The notes: generated from the sequence alone by a model not told the origin. Shown: positions 37,442 through 49,074, counted from the first letter of the stretch. The stretch is 64,000 nt of DNA from an uncultured beta proteobacterium (GCA_963837775.1 CAWIOX010000007.1:57401-121400), one strand, 5' to 3'. Program-made: numbers and translations.

Positions 37442-38942
37442 TTATTTTGCCTCTAAACCGGCTTGAGCTGCCCGATCGCGCGTTTCCCAGCGCTGCATCA
37501 GCGCCTGGGCCTGATCGCGGCTGATCGCCGGCTCGAACACGCGGTCGACCCGCCATTGCGATGCCAGCTCTGCGGTGTCGCGGTACACGCCTGTGGCCAG
37601 GCCGGCCAGGTAGGCGGCGCCGAGCGCGGTGGTTTCGGTGACTTGCGGCCGCAGCACCGGGATGCCGAGCAGGTCGGCCTGAAATTGCAGCAGCAGCGCA
37701 TTGGCGGACGCGCCGCCGTCGACCCGCAGTTCGGTGATCGGCGCCGTGGCGTCGCGCTGCATCGCCTGCAGCAGCGCGGCGCTCTGGAACGCGATCGACT
37801 CCAGCGCCGCGCGCGCGATATGGGCGACCGTGCTGCCGCGGCTCAGGCCCAGGATCGCGCCCTTGGCGGACGGCACCCAGTACGGCGCGCCCAGGCCGGT
37901 AAACGCGGGCACGAACACCACGCCACCGGAATCCGGCACCGAGGCCGCCAGCGCTTCGATGTCGGCGGCATCCTTGATCGCCTTGAGGCCGTCGCGCAGC
38001 CATTGCACCACCGCGCCGCCGATGAAGACGCTGCCTTCCAGCGCATATTGCTTGCGGGTGCCGAGCTGGCAGGCGGCGGTGCTGATCAGCCCATTCTGGG
38101 AGTCGGCGCAGTCGTCGCCGGTATTGAGCAGCATGAAGCAGCCGGTGCCGTAGGTATTCTTGGCCATGCCGGGTTGGAAGCAGGCCTGTCCGAACAGCGC
38201 CGCCTGCTGGTCGCCGGCGATGCCGGCGATCGTCACCGCATGGCCCAGCCAGTGCGGGTCGGTCGCGCCGAACAGGTGGCTCGACGGCTGCACCTGCGGC
38301 AGCACTTGCGGCGGGATATCCAGCCATTGCAGCAATTCCTCGTCCCAGCAGCCGTCATGGATATTCCACAGCATGGTGCGCGACGCGTTAGTCACATCGG
38401 TCACGTGCAGGCGGCCGCCAGTCAGGTTCCAGACCAGCCACGCATCGACGGTGCCGAAGGCCAGTTCGCCGCGCCGCGCGCGTTCGCGCGCGCCATCGAC
38501 ATGGTCGAGTATCCATGCGCAGCTTGGTCGCCGAAAAATACGGGTCCAGCACCAGCCCGGTCTTGCGCCGGATGCTGTCGGCCAGTCCCTGGCTGCGCAA
38601 TTCTGCGCACAGCGCTTCGGTGCGGCGGTCTTGCCAGACGATCGCATTGAAGATCGGCGTGCCCGTGCTGCGCTCCCACACCACGGTGGTTTCGCGCTGG
38701 TTGCTGATGCCCAGTGCGGCCAGCTGATCGGCCCTGATGCCGGCCTTGGCCAGCACTTCGCGGCAGGTCGCCAGCTGGCTTTGCCACAGCGCCATCGGGT
38801 CATGTTCGACCCAGCCCGGCTGCGGAAAGAGTTGTTTGAATTCCTGCTGCGCCATCGCAACAATTTCGCCGCTGTCTGCGAACACGATGCTGCGTGAACT
38901 CGACGTGCCCTGATCCAATGCCAGCAGATAAGTCATGGTCAT
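37442..38942 (-). pseudogene. glpK: glycerol kinase, one frameshift near 38510-38525
   Basis: ORF 38388..38942 ([13 protein letters not shown]...DPYFSATKL) joins ORF 37442..38863 (AWILDHV...[10 protein letters not shown]...LRVDGGAS). Confidence 0.9.
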
Positions 38943-38996
38943 TCCAGTCGCTCAAAAACCGAGATGATCCATTGTCCACGAAAGCTACGAAAAAAA

Positions 38997-39056
38997 GTAG
39001 GATGGGTGCAACCCATCACGATCAACCGCCTAAGTGATGGGTTGCACCCATCCTAC
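38997..39056. repeat. convergent REP pair (23-bp perfect inverted repeat)
   Basis: GTAGGATGGGTGCAACCCATCAC-14 nt-GTGATGGGTTGCACCCATCCTAC. Confidence 0.85.
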
Positions 39057-40724
39057 TATGATTCGAGTCAAGAGTCTTTTGGCAATTAATCCAATCCGCA
39101 TTGCAATCACTGGCTGACGCTGGTGCATGGCGCAAGTCGCACTCTTGGCTGGCGAGCCGACTGCCAGCGAGGTTATTCTGTCTGCTGCGGCTGCACAATA
39201 CATTGCTTCTGTCTCTCAGTCGTGTCATGCACGCCGTTTGAAGCTCCCGGTCATCGCTGTGAGACCTGACGTCTCCACTTCTATCCGCTGGCTTTTGATC
39301 CAGCCTGATCCTGCATGCGCTCTTCGCTCAGGTGACCGTGATTGGAACAAGCCCCATCTACTAAGGTCGGTTGCCTGTGCAACCAGGGTGGGTAACGGGC
39401 CTGTCCACTTCCAACTCTTTATGCTTGACGCGCCGATCGTCCTTCTTTAATGTTTTCGTGCAATCCTGTTGTTGCTTTCACTCTTCGGCTGATGCTTTGT
39501 TTCACGGTGCCAAGGCCGCTTTCATCGCCGCACCTTCTGGTACCACGCCGTCCTTCAGATAGCGCCACAGGGCGATGACCAGGCGCCGCGCCACCGCGAC
39601 GATGGCGATCCTGCGGCCGCGCTTGTTCGGCCGCACCCCTGTGTGCGTTGCGCGAACCAGTGCGCCAGGCCGCTGTCAGGCTGGTAGCGCAGCCACAGCC
39701 ACGCCATTTCGATCAACAGCGCCCGCACTCGCCGGTTGCCTTGCTTGCTGATGCCTTGATCGACCCGGCTTTCGCCGCTGTCGTAGGGTTGCGGCACCAG
39801 CCCGACACAGGCACCGACTTGCCGTCGGTTGCCAAAGTCGCGCCAGAACAATTCCAGCACCAGCCGCATTGCACCAGTCTGGCCTATGGCCTTGAGCTTC
39901 ATCAGCGCCATGATGCGTTCCTGCACGGACTCAGGTAACTGCCGGACCAGGTTTTTTTCCAGCCCCGCCAATTGCTGTTGCGCCAGCGCCAGCCGTTCAC
40001 ATCCCGCTGCAGTCGCTCAACGAGTTCCTGCGGCAGTGCCGCGCCGTCATGGCATCGGATAGCGCCACATTGCAGGCGCTTGGCAAAATCCCCTTCGACG
40101 CGATCCCAACAGCCGACTGTGCACAGTAATTTGCGGATCCGGTCCCGGTGTTGCCCCGTTTCTTTCTGCAATTCGCCCCGGTCGCGCGCAGACTGCCGTT
40201 GCGCTTCGGCGTCCGGCGTTGGTATCCGGATCACGTGCATCCGGTCGCGTTCGCCGCGCAGCCACGCGCGCAGGCTGGTGACCAGTTTGATGGCATCGAG
40301 CCGGTCGGTCTTGGCGCGCCGCGCATGCCGCTCCACCGGGATGCTGGCGGGGTCAACCACCAGCGTTTCATAACCCAGCTTCGATAAGGCTCGGCAGATC
40401 CAGAACCCGTCTTGACCCGCTTCATACAGTACGACCACCCGGCAACCCGGCGGCAGCTGCCATTTCACTTTCTGGGCTTCGATCACCGCCACTGTTTCGG
40501 CCAGGCGCTGCGCCGCGTCTTCGCTTGAGGCGTTATGGATCGCCGGCGTGTCACGCTTGCCGTCGTGCAATGCCACCTTCCAGCTCCCTTTCGACAATTC
40601 CAGCGATACCGCCAAAATTTCTGTGTCCAGCGTAAAATCTTTGCTTGAGTCGGTTGCATTTCGCTCTCTTAAGTGATGTTCCCACATTTTAAGGATCGAT
40701 TTGCTGCGGTCTTTTAAATCATAG
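39057..40724 (-). mobile_element. IS110-family insertion sequence (boundaries approximate)
   Basis: It contains the DEDD-type transposase gene plus about 440 nt of non-coding 3' region. An 8-nt inverted match CTATGATT/AATCATAG lies at 39056-39063 and 40717-40724. It sits next to the REP pair. Confidence 0.65.
39502..40687 (-). pseudogene. IS110-family transposase, at least 2 frameshifts (near 39975-40000 and 39630-39650)
   Basis: N-terminal domain ILAVSLELSKGSWKV...VVLYEAGQDGFWI...RAKTDRLDA. C-terminal domain LKAIGQTGAMRLV...GLVPQPYDSGES...GNRRVR. The tail RRIAIVAVARRLVIALWRYLKDG is in a third frame. Confidence 0.85.
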
Positions 40725-40735
40725 GATCTACAAGG

Positions 40736-42281
40736 CTAGCGCTGCATCATCTGCCTGAGCCACTCCTGCAGGCGCGCGACCTGCTGCGGCTGGCAGTACA
40801 GCCCGCATTTGGTTCGGCGCCACAGGATGTCTTCGGCACTGCGCGCCCATTCGACCTCGAACAGATAGCGCGCTTCTTGCTCAAACATGCCGGGCGCCAG
40901 TTCCTGGCCCAGGTCGGACAGTTGCCCGGCGCTGCCCAGCATGCGGCTGGCGCGCGTGCCGTAGCAGCGCGCATAGCGTTGCGCCAGCTTGGCCGGCAGC
41001 CATGGATAGCGGGCGCAGAATTGCTGCAGAAAGCCGTCGAAGTCGACGCTGGCGACCAGCGCACCGGCCTGTTGCAGGTCGCCGCCCGGCAGCGGCGCGG
41101 TGGCGGTCCAGTCCGGCGCAGCGCGGCCCAGGCGCGGCAGCAGCATGCGCCAGCGCCTGTTCCGCCAGCTTGCGGTAGGTGGTGATCTTGCCGCCCCAGA
41201 CATTCAGGAAGGGGGGCGTTTTTCTCGTCGCATTCGAGCAGGTAATCGCGCGTCACTGCCGACGCGTTTTGCGCGCTGTCGTCGAGCAGCGGCCGCACCC
41301 CGGAATAGCTCCAGACCACATCGGCCGCAGTGATCTGCTGTGCGGAAGTAGCGGTTGGCCATCTGGCACAGGTAGCCCACTTCGTCGGCGCTGATCGCCA
41401 CCTGTGCGGGGTCGCCGCTGTATTCCAGATCGGTGGTGCCGATCAGCGTGAACTCGTCCTGATACGGGATCGCGAAGATGATGCGCTGGTCGGGGTTCTG
41501 GAACAGATACGCGTAAGGATGGTCGAACAGGCGCGGCACGATGATGTGGCTGCCCTTGACCAGCCGCAGCCCGTGCGTATTGTGGTGCCGCTGGCGGCGT
41601 TGGCGAACTGCGCAGCCCAGGGGCCGGCCGCATTCACGATCGCGCGCGCGCTGACCTCGATGCGGCCATGTTGCGCGCTGTCGAGCGTCGCGCGCCAGCC
41701 CTGCGCCTTGCTGCCGCACGCTCGATGCATTGGGTGCGGGTCAGGATGCTGGCGCCGCGTTCGCTGGCGTCCAGCGCATTGAGCACCACCAGCCGCGCAT
41801 CGTCGACCCAGCCGTCCGAATACACGAAGCCCTCGCGGTAATCGCCCTTCAGCGGCGCGCCCGCGACATGCGTGCGCAGCGACACGTGTTCCGAAGCCGG
41901 CAGGAAGGTGCGGCGCGCCAGATGGTCATACAGGAACAGGCCGGCGCGGATCATCCAGGCCGGCCGTTGTCCGGCAGCGTGCGGCATCACGAAACGCAGC
42001 GGCCCCATGATGTGCGGCGCGGCGCGCAGCAGCACTTCGCGTTCCTGCAAGGCCTTGCGCACCAGCCTGAATTCAAAGTGCTCCAGATAGCGCAGGCCGC
42101 CGTGGATCAGTTTGGTGCTGGCCGACGAAGTATGCTGGGCCAGGTCGTGCTGCTCGCACAGGATCACGCGCAAGCCGCGGCCGGCCGCATCGCGTGCGAT
42201 GCCGGCGCCGTTGATGCCGCCGCCGACGATCAAAAGGTCGCAGTCCTGTTGCGCTGGCTGTTTGCGTGTCGATTGCATCAT
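40736..42281 (-). pseudogene. glpD: aerobic glycerol-3-phosphate dehydrogenase, at least 4 frameshifts
   Basis: DLLIVGGGINGAGIARDAAGRG, STKLIHGGLRYLE, GLRLVKGSHIIVPRLF, WSYSGVRPL and a C-terminal helical domain are spread over ORFs 41634..42281, 41443..41730, 41204..41719, 40747..41319 and 40736..41203. Confidence 0.88.
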
Positions 42282-42383
42282 GATTCTGGCCGCTGATTGG
42301 CTGTGCCCAGTGTAGATGGTTTCAGTGCATCAATGCAAAAGGAGCGCTATCGTTGCGCCCCGGGCGTGCTTTTTGCGTTACAG

Positions 42384-42456
42384 ATACACCCCTCTGTATT
42401 TTTAAACAGGCTGGTTTTATCTGCGGTGGCATCAGTGTTTGTGCTTATACCCCCTG
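42384..42456 (-). repeat. GGGGGTAT-family intergenic repeat, copy 3 (reverse orientation)
   Basis: The reverse complement reads CAGGGGGTATAAGCACAAACACTGATGCC...GTTTAAAAATACAGAGGGGTGTAT. Confidence 0.6.
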
Positions 42457-42629
42457 TTATTTGCCTGATGCTAGTAGTCAGTCAAGCTGAATCAGGCGGG
42501 TATAAATCGCGTCTTTTTCCGCCTGGCGGCGTTGTTCGTCATTGCATAGCCAGCTATGCGGCTTCCTCCCGCCTTGCCAGACGAAAAAATCCATCGATTT
42601 CTACTCCACCAATCCAACTTGACTGACTA

Positions 42630-44837
42630 CTAGGTTTCCAGTGCGCGCATCGCAGCGTTGGCGTAACGCAGGCGGGCGGCCAGCGCCCGGGCCAGGCCTT
42701 CGAGCAACTTGGCGATGAGCATCTGGTGCGCGTCGGTGAGCTGGTCGAAGTTCTTGCGCGAGAGCACAAACAGATCGACATCGGTGAAGGCGATCGCATC
42801 GGCGGAACGCGGTGCGCCATCGAGAAAGGCCATTTCGCCAAAGAAGTTGCCGCGCGCGAAGGTACTGAGATGGATGCCTTGCCGGTCGTTGAGCGGCAGC
42901 ATGATGTGCACGTCGCCGCACCGGATCAGGAACAGTTCGTCACCGTCTTCGCCTCTGGCAAAGATCTTGGCGCCGGCCTTGATGCTGCGCCTCTCCATGC
43001 AGCCTTGCAGTGCCGCCAGCATCTCTTCCTCGAGTTCCTTGAACAGCTCAATTTCATGCAGTTCCAGCGGTTTTTCATCCTCGCGATGCAGTGCTGCCTG
43101 CTCGATGATGCGATCCTCGACCCACTCGATCGCCTCGTTGAGATCGCCGAATGCGCTGGACTGGCTGTCGGCGCGGACCAGGCCGACCTGATCGAAGTAC
43201 TGCTGCATGTCCTGGCCGCTGGGCAGCTTCTGCGGCAATCGACTGAAAATCAGAAAGCCGCCGCGTTCGCTCAGCATGTCCTTGATCTGCTTGAGCATCT
43301 GGACCGCGGTCACGTCCACCGACTGCACCCGGCGCATGTCGAGAATGACGTAGCTGCGCATCTTGAGTTCGGGCTCGAGGGTGGTCAATAGCTGGTCGGC
43401 AGTGCCGAAGAACAGGCTGCCCTGCAATTCGAAGATCGCGGCCTGGGCGCCGCGCTGTTCGAGGATCAGCATCTCCTGGGGCAGGCGGATCTTCTTGGAG
43501 AAGGTCTGGTTGCCGTAGCTCTTGCGCCGGACGATGCTGCCGCCGATTTGTTCGCGGATGAACAGGATGATCGCGAGCACGATGCCGGTGCCGGCAGCTG
43601 CGATCAGGCTGACCATCAGGGTAACGCCGATGACGGCGACGATCACGACAAAGTCGAGGATGGTCGAGTGCGACTTGAGCAGATCCAGGCTGTTGCGGTC
43701 GATCATGCGCACGCCGATGACGATCAGGATCGCGGCCAGGGCGGAGACCGGCATCCAGGCGATCAGCTTGCCGAGGGCGAGGAAAGCGAGCAGCGCCAGG
43801 ATGCCCTCGAACACGCCGGAAAAACGGCTTTGCGCGCCGCTCGACAGGTTGATCAGAGTGGCTCCCATGGTTCCTGCGCCGGGCAAGCCGCCGATGATGC
43901 CCGAGGCAAGGTTGCCCAGGCCTTGTCCGATCAGTTCCCGGTTCGAATTGTGGCGGCTGCGCGTCAGTGCGTCGAGCACAACGCAAGTCTTCAGGGTGTC
44001 GATGGAGAGCAGGACGGCCAGCGTCAAGGCCGGCATGATCAGGTCTTTAGCCTGTTCCAGCCCAAGTTGCTGCATGCCTTGCCAGTTGCCGAGAAAGCCA
44101 TCGGCCAAGCCGCGCCCGGCACTCCCAGCTACCCCTAGCGGTCCGACTACCAGTGTATTGCCGGCGAACTGCTGCAGCGCGCCATCGGCGAGCGACAGGC
44201 CAAAGTAGCTCAGAACGCCGACGCCCAGCGCCAGAATCGCTGCCGGCACGCGCCTGGTCAGGCGTGGCGCCTGCACCATGGCCAGGGCGGTCACGGCGCC
44301 GACCACGCAAGCCTGCCACTGCCAGAGCAGCGGCTGGGACAGGGCCTGCCAGAGCGAGGTGCCGACCGGCGTGCCGAGAAATTTCGGCACCTGGCTGCCG
44401 ATGATGAGCAGACTGACGCCCGACAGATAGCCGCTGACCACCGGATAGGGCATGTACTTGATCAGGCGCCCGAGGCCGATCAGTCCGAAGAGCAGCTGCA
44501 GCATGCCGGCCGTCAGGCAGAGCGCGGTCAGCAGCAGCAGCACCGATTGGTCGGGGATGCCATTGTGGATCTGCTCGATCGCAAAAGCCGACAATACCGC
44601 GGCGGCGGGCGCGCACGGCGCGGTGATCAGGCGCTCGGTGCCGCCCATGAGCGAAGCGACCAGCCCGAGCGCTGTGGCGCCAAGCATGCCGGCCAAGGCG
44701 CCGTAGGCGGCATAGGAACCGCCCAGGGACGCATAGATGGTGACGCCGAAAGCGATCGCCGAAGGCAGCGCGACCAGCATCGCCGCCAGACCGCCCCAGA
44801 AATCTCCTGCCAGCTTGTTGCTCTTTACGGTATCCAC
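42630..44837 (-). CDS. SulP-family anion transporter fused to STAS and a cyclic-nucleotide-binding domain
   Basis: Intact 735-aa ORF. It has a SulP membrane core, a STAS-like region (IFELQGSLFFGTADQL) and C-terminal cNMP-binding motifs (GDELFLIRCG...FGEMAFLDGAPRSA). Confidence 0.85.
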   Translation of the reverse strand: MDTVKSNKLAGDFWGGLAAMLVALPSAIAFGVTIYASLGGSYAAYGALAGMLGATALGLVASLMGGTERLITAPCAPAAAVLSAFAIEQIHNGIPDQSVLLLLTALCLTAGMLQLLFGLIGLGRLIKYMPYPVVSGYLSGVSLLIIGSQVPKFLGTPVGTSLWQALSQPLLWQWQACVVGAVTALAMVQAPRLTRRVPAAILALGVGVLSYFGLSLADGALQQFAGNTLVVGPLGVAGSAGRGLADGFLGNWQGMQQLGLEQAKDLIMPALTLAVLLSIDTLKTCVVLDALTRSRHNSNRELIGQGLGNLASGIIGGLPGAGTMGATLINLSSGAQSRFSGVFEGILALLAFLALGKLIAWMPVSALAAILIVIGVRMIDRNSLDLLKSHSTILDFVVIVAVIGVTLMVSLIAAAGTGIVLAIILFIREQIGGSIVRRKSYGNQTFSKKIRLPQEMLILEQRGAQAAIFELQGSLFFGTADQLLTTLEPELKMRSYVILDMRRVQSVDVTAVQMLKQIKDMLSERGGFLIFSRLPQKLPSGQDMQQYFDQVGLVRADSQSSAFGDLNEAIEWVEDRIIEQAALHREDEKPLELHEIELFKELEEEMLAALQGCMERRSIKAGAKIFARGEDGDELFLIRCGDVHIMLPLNDRQGIHLSTFARGNFFGEMAFLDGAPRSADAIAFTDVDLFVLSRKNFDQLTDAHQMLIAKLLEGLARALAARLRYANAAMRALET

Positions 44838-45232
44838 GGTGATCGCAACCCAGGAAAAGAATAAGAGTCACCCAGACTATCGCATAAAAATCGCTAAGAT
44901 CACTGTACCTGATTATCCTAGAATCCTTAGTTGGACAGCGCCGAGTGTGCGTTTTTCCGGTTTCCTGGCAAGGCGAGACGACGACGCAGACTGCATTCTG
45001 CTAGGAGGAGCAACGCAGCCAGGGAGCCGGAAAAATGTGCAATCGACGCTGTAGCGTTCTCACCCAAATGGTGAACCGTTTAAATATGAAAATCCCTAAC
45101 AAAATCAGACACTTATTGATGCTGTCGAGCGGTCAACTGAGGATTTTAGGATTATAGAAAGAGAGTGCATCAGAACGCATGCGTCAATGATGCGTTCCGA
45201 TGAAGGCAGGACGATTTAAAAGATACCGGTGC

Positions 45233-46135
45233 TCAGTCGCGACGCAGGTTGACCAGCACGATGCCGGCCAGCACCAGCAGCGCGCCGGCGGCAAAGCGCA
45301 GGCTGAGCTGTTCATTCAGCAGCAGCACGCCGAAGCCGACGCCGAACAGCGGGGTCAGGAACGAGAACGCGGAAATGCGCGACGTCAGGTAGCGCCGCAA
45401 CATCCAGAACCAGGCCAGGTAACTGGCAAACGCGATGATCACGACCTGAAACAACAGGCTCAGCCAGGCGATGCCGGTCATCGAGATTTCTGCCACATCG
45501 CCGTCGCCGACCGCGATCCCGATCAGGATCACCGCCGCCACCACCAGCTGGTACAGCAGGGTGGTGGTGGGCGCCGCCTCGGACAGCGACGAGCGCCGCA
45601 CCAGGATCGTGGTGGCGGCCCAGAACACGCTGGCCAGCAGGCCCAGTCCGTCGCCGATCAGGGTATTGCTGCCGGCGGCGCCGGGGGTGTTGAAGCCATT
45701 CGAAAACGCCAGCGCAATGCCGGCAAACGCAGCCGCGATGCCGGCCCATTGCAGCTTGCCCAGCCGCTCGCCGGCCACGCCCCAGTGCAGGCCGAGCACG
45801 GTAAAGATCGGTGCGGTGTACAGGAACACCACGATATGCGAGGCCGAGGTGTAGGTCAGTCCGACCGACACGCACAGGAACTCGCCGGCGAACAGCAGGC
45901 CGGCGGCGATGCCGGGCCACAGCGTGCCGTCGCGCATGGAAAAATGGTTGCCGCGCCAAAACATCAGGCCGCACACCAGCAGCGCCGCGCCGCCCGAGCG
46001 CAGCCCGGTCTGCAGCATCGGACTCATGCTGACGGCGGTGGCCTTGACCGCGACCTGCTGCAGGCCCCAGCACACGCACAGCACCAGCATCACCAGCATC
46101 GCGAAGCCGTCCAGCGGTTTGCGCGCGCTGCTCAT
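45233..46135 (-). CDS. EamA/DMT-family transporter
   Basis: Start MSSARKPLDGFAML and 10 TM segments. The track ORF is over-extended at its N-terminus. Confidence 0.75.
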   Translation of the reverse strand: MSSARKPLDGFAMLVMLVLCVCWGLQQVAVKATAVSMSPMLQTGLRSGGAALLVCGLMFWRGNHFSMRDGTLWPGIAAGLLFAGEFLCVSVGLTYTSASHIVVFLYTAPIFTVLGLHWGVAGERLGKLQWAGIAAAFAGIALAFSNGFNTPGAAGSNTLIGDGLGLLASVFWAATTILVRRSSLSEAAPTTTLLYQLVVAAVILIGIAVGDGDVAEISMTGIAWLSLLFQVVIIAFASYLAWFWMLRRYLTSRISAFSFLTPLFGVGFGVLLLNEQLSLRFAAGALLVLAGIVLVNLRRD

Positions 46136-46313
46136 GAGCGCGGCTCCGTGCTGCTGCGCGAATATCCGGCGCCGGATGTCGGGTGATGAAGTAGGTGCAT
46201 GGTGATTCCTTGTTTGATATGGCTGGTGATACTGGTTGGATGATTGATTATAGAAGCGGCGGCTTAAGGTGATATAGTGAAAACCAGACAATCAATGCAT
46301 TACTTCGGACAAT

Positions 46314-47100
46314 ATGACTGTGCATCTGCGCGTACCGCCGTTTTCCGGCCAGCTGCCCCATCCGGTCTACATCCGCAGCGAGAAACTGGCGGGTGACAGC
46401 GCCTATCCGCGCCACCGGCACCGCTGGGGCGAGTTCGTGTACTCGTTCAGCGGCGTGATGGAAGTCAAGCTGGCGCAACGCAGTTACCTGGCGCCGCCGC
46501 ATTACGGGATCTGGCTGCCGCCCGACGTCGAGCACATCGGGCGCAACCGTTTCGAGGCCTGTTTTTGCTCGCTGTATCTTTCGAAGGAATTGTGCGACAA
46601 GCTGCCTGCCGTCACCTGCACGCTGGCGGTCGGTCCGGTCATCAAGGCGATCCTGGCCGATCTGTCGGCGCGCCAGGTCGATTACCCGCGCAGCGCCGAG
46701 GATGCGCGGCTGATGCAGGTGCTGATCGACCAGCTCGGGCTGGCGCCGCGCCATGACAGCTATCTGCCGATGTCGGACGACGCGACGCTGGGCCAGGTGC
46801 TGACCGCGCTGCAACAGGACCCGAGCGACAATCGTTCTCTTGAGCAATGGGCGCAGACGGTGCACAGCACCGAGCGCACGCTGTCGCGCCGTTGCCAGCG
46901 CGACCTCGGGATGTCGTTCAGCGAATGGCGCCAGCGGCTTGCGGCTGGTCAGCGCGCTGTCGATGCTGGACGCGAAGCTGCCGGTGCAAGCGGTCGCACT
47001 GGAACTCGGCTACAGCACCTCGTCCGCCTTCATCGCAATGTTTCACCGGATGATGGGGATCACGCCGGAGGAATTCCGCAAGCGCAGCGGCGCCGATTGA
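46314..47100 (+). pseudogene. AraC-family regulator (cupin N-terminus), one frameshift near 46930-46945
   Basis: ORF 46314.. carries the cupin part and the first HTH (WAQTVHSTERTLSRRCQRDLGMSFSEWRQRL). The second HTH LELGYSTSSAFIAMFHRMMGITPEEF is in ORF 46840..47100. Confidence 0.8.
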
Positions 47101-47124
47101 GGGCCTCGTTTGCATTTTTGCCGG
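47065..47124 (+). repeat. direct repeat, left copy (AraC 3' end plus 24 nt)
   Basis: CCGGAGGAATTCCGCAAGCGCAGCGGCGCCGATTGAGGGCCTCGTTTGCATTTTTGCCGG. It recurs at 49079..49137 with 2 mismatches and 1 indel. Confidence 0.9.
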
Positions 47125-47444
47125 GATCGTCAATTTATCCCACGATACGAAAAGTTAACTCCGCATTGTGAGATGCAGGTGCTGAACAAGTCAGGAAAAC
47201 CACCCCTGTTTTTTGAAATTACGTTTCGTATCGCAAAAAAACATGTGTAAGTCATTGAAATTAAACAAATTAATTTAAGTTATATGTCTTATATAAGACC
47301 TTGTTGCTATTCAAAAAAGCGTCTATTATTGTTTCATGCAGTTTTGCTTCGATTTCACCATCCTGCTGTTCGTACGAGAGTGAACAGATGTACCGACACT
47401 GAATACGATTTTCTTAATCTTGCTTTATTATTTTGGAGATACAC

Positions 47445-49027
47445 ATGTCACAGTATCAAGACGACATCAAAGCCATTGCCGGCCTGAAAGACAAAGAAGG
47501 CAGCGCCTGGAACGCGATCAATCCTGAGTCCGCTGCACGTATGCGCGCGCAGAACCGATTCAAAACTGGCATCTGGATATCGCCAAGTACACCGCCAAGA
47601 TCATGCGCGATGACATGGCCGCCTACGACGCCGACTCGTCCAAGTACACCCAGTCCCTGGGCTGCTGGCACGGTTTTATCGGTCAACAGAAGATGATTTC
47701 GATCAAGAAGCACTTCAACAGCACCGACCGCCGCTACCTGTACCTGTCCGGCTGGATGATTGCTGCGCTGCGCTCTGAGTTCGGCCCGCTGCCTGACCAG
47801 TCCATGCACGAGAAGACTGCTGTTGCCGACCTGATCCGTGAGCTTTACACTTTCTTGCGTCAAGCTGATGCACGTGAGCTGGGCGGTTTGTTCCGTCAAT
47901 TGGATGGTGCGCAAGGCGCTGCCAAGCAAGCGATCCAGGACAAGATCGACAATTTCGTCACCCACGTGGTGCCTATCATTGCTGATATCGATGCCGGTTT
48001 CGGTAACGCTGAAGCGACCTACCTGATGGCTAAGCAGATGATTGAAGCGGGTGCCTGCTGCATCCAGATCGAAAACCAAGTTTCCGATGAAAAGCAGTGC
48101 GGCCACCAAGACGGCAAAGTCACTGTTCCTCACGAAGACTTCCTCGCGAAGATCCGCGCTGTACGTTACGCGTTCCTGGAGCTGGGTGTGGACGACGGCA
48201 TCATCGTTGCACGTACCGACTCGCTGGGTGCCGGCTTGACCAAGCAAATCGCGGTAACGCGTGAGCCAGGCGATTTGGGCGATCTGTACAATTCTTTCCT
48301 GGACGTTGAAGAAGTTTCGACTGAATCCATGAGCAACGGTGACGTTGTCATCAAGCGCGACGGCAAGCTGCTGCGTCCTAAGCGTCTGCCTAGCAACTTG
48401 TTCCAGTTCCGCGCTGGCACGGGCGAAGAGCGTTGCGTACTGGATTGCATTACCTCTCTGCAAAACGGCGCCGACCTGATCTGGATCGAAACCGAGAAGC
48501 CACACATTGCCCAAATCGGCGGTATGGTCAATGCGATTCGTAAAGTCATTCCAAATGCCAAGCTGGTGTACAACAACAGCCCATCATTCAACTGGACCCT
48601 GAACTTCCGTCAGCAGATGTTCGACAGCATGAAAGCCGAAGGCAAAGATGTTTCCGCTTACGATCGCAAAGCACTGATGAGCGTTGAATACGACGCAACT
48701 GAATTGGCGATTGCCGCAGATGAAAAAATCCGCACTTTCCAAGCTGATGCAGCCCGTGAAGCCGGCATTTTCCATCACCTGATTACTCTGCCGACTTACC
48801 ACACAGCCGCATTGTCGACTGACAACCTGGCAAAAGACTACTTCGGTGACCAGGGTATGTTGGGTTATGTGGCTGGCGTTCAGCGCAAGGAAATCCGTCA
48901 GGGTATCGCTTGTGTCAAGCATCAGAACATGTCCGGCTCGGACATCGGCGATGATCACAAAGATTACTTCAGTGGCGAAGCTGCTCTGAAAGCATCTGGT
49001 AAAGACAACACGATGAACCAGTTCTAA
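47445..49027 (+). pseudogene. aceA: isocitrate lyase (long, Pseudomonas AceA-type), one frameshift near 47565-47580
   Basis: MSQYQDDIKAIAGLKDKEGSAWNAINPESAARMRAQNRFKTG joins LDIAKYTAKIMRDDM... of ORF 47603..49027. The KQCGHQDGK catalytic loop is present. Confidence 0.9.
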
Positions 49028-49044
49028 CAACTGAGTCTGGTGTG

Positions 49045-49074
49045 AAAAAAAGCTCGCTACGGCGAGCTTTTTTT
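49045..49074 (+). terminator. rho-independent terminator after aceA
   Basis: AAAAAAAGCTCGC-tacg-GCGAGCTTTTTTT. Confidence 0.85.

Noticed and set aside
39502-40687. Frame changes in the IS110 transposase read as programmed ribosomal frameshifting.
   Set aside because: As far as I know, IS110-family transposases are single-ORF proteins that do not use the -1 frameshifting seen in the IS1 and IS3 families. No slippery heptamer was seen at the breaks, and the surrounding genes show the same kind of indels.
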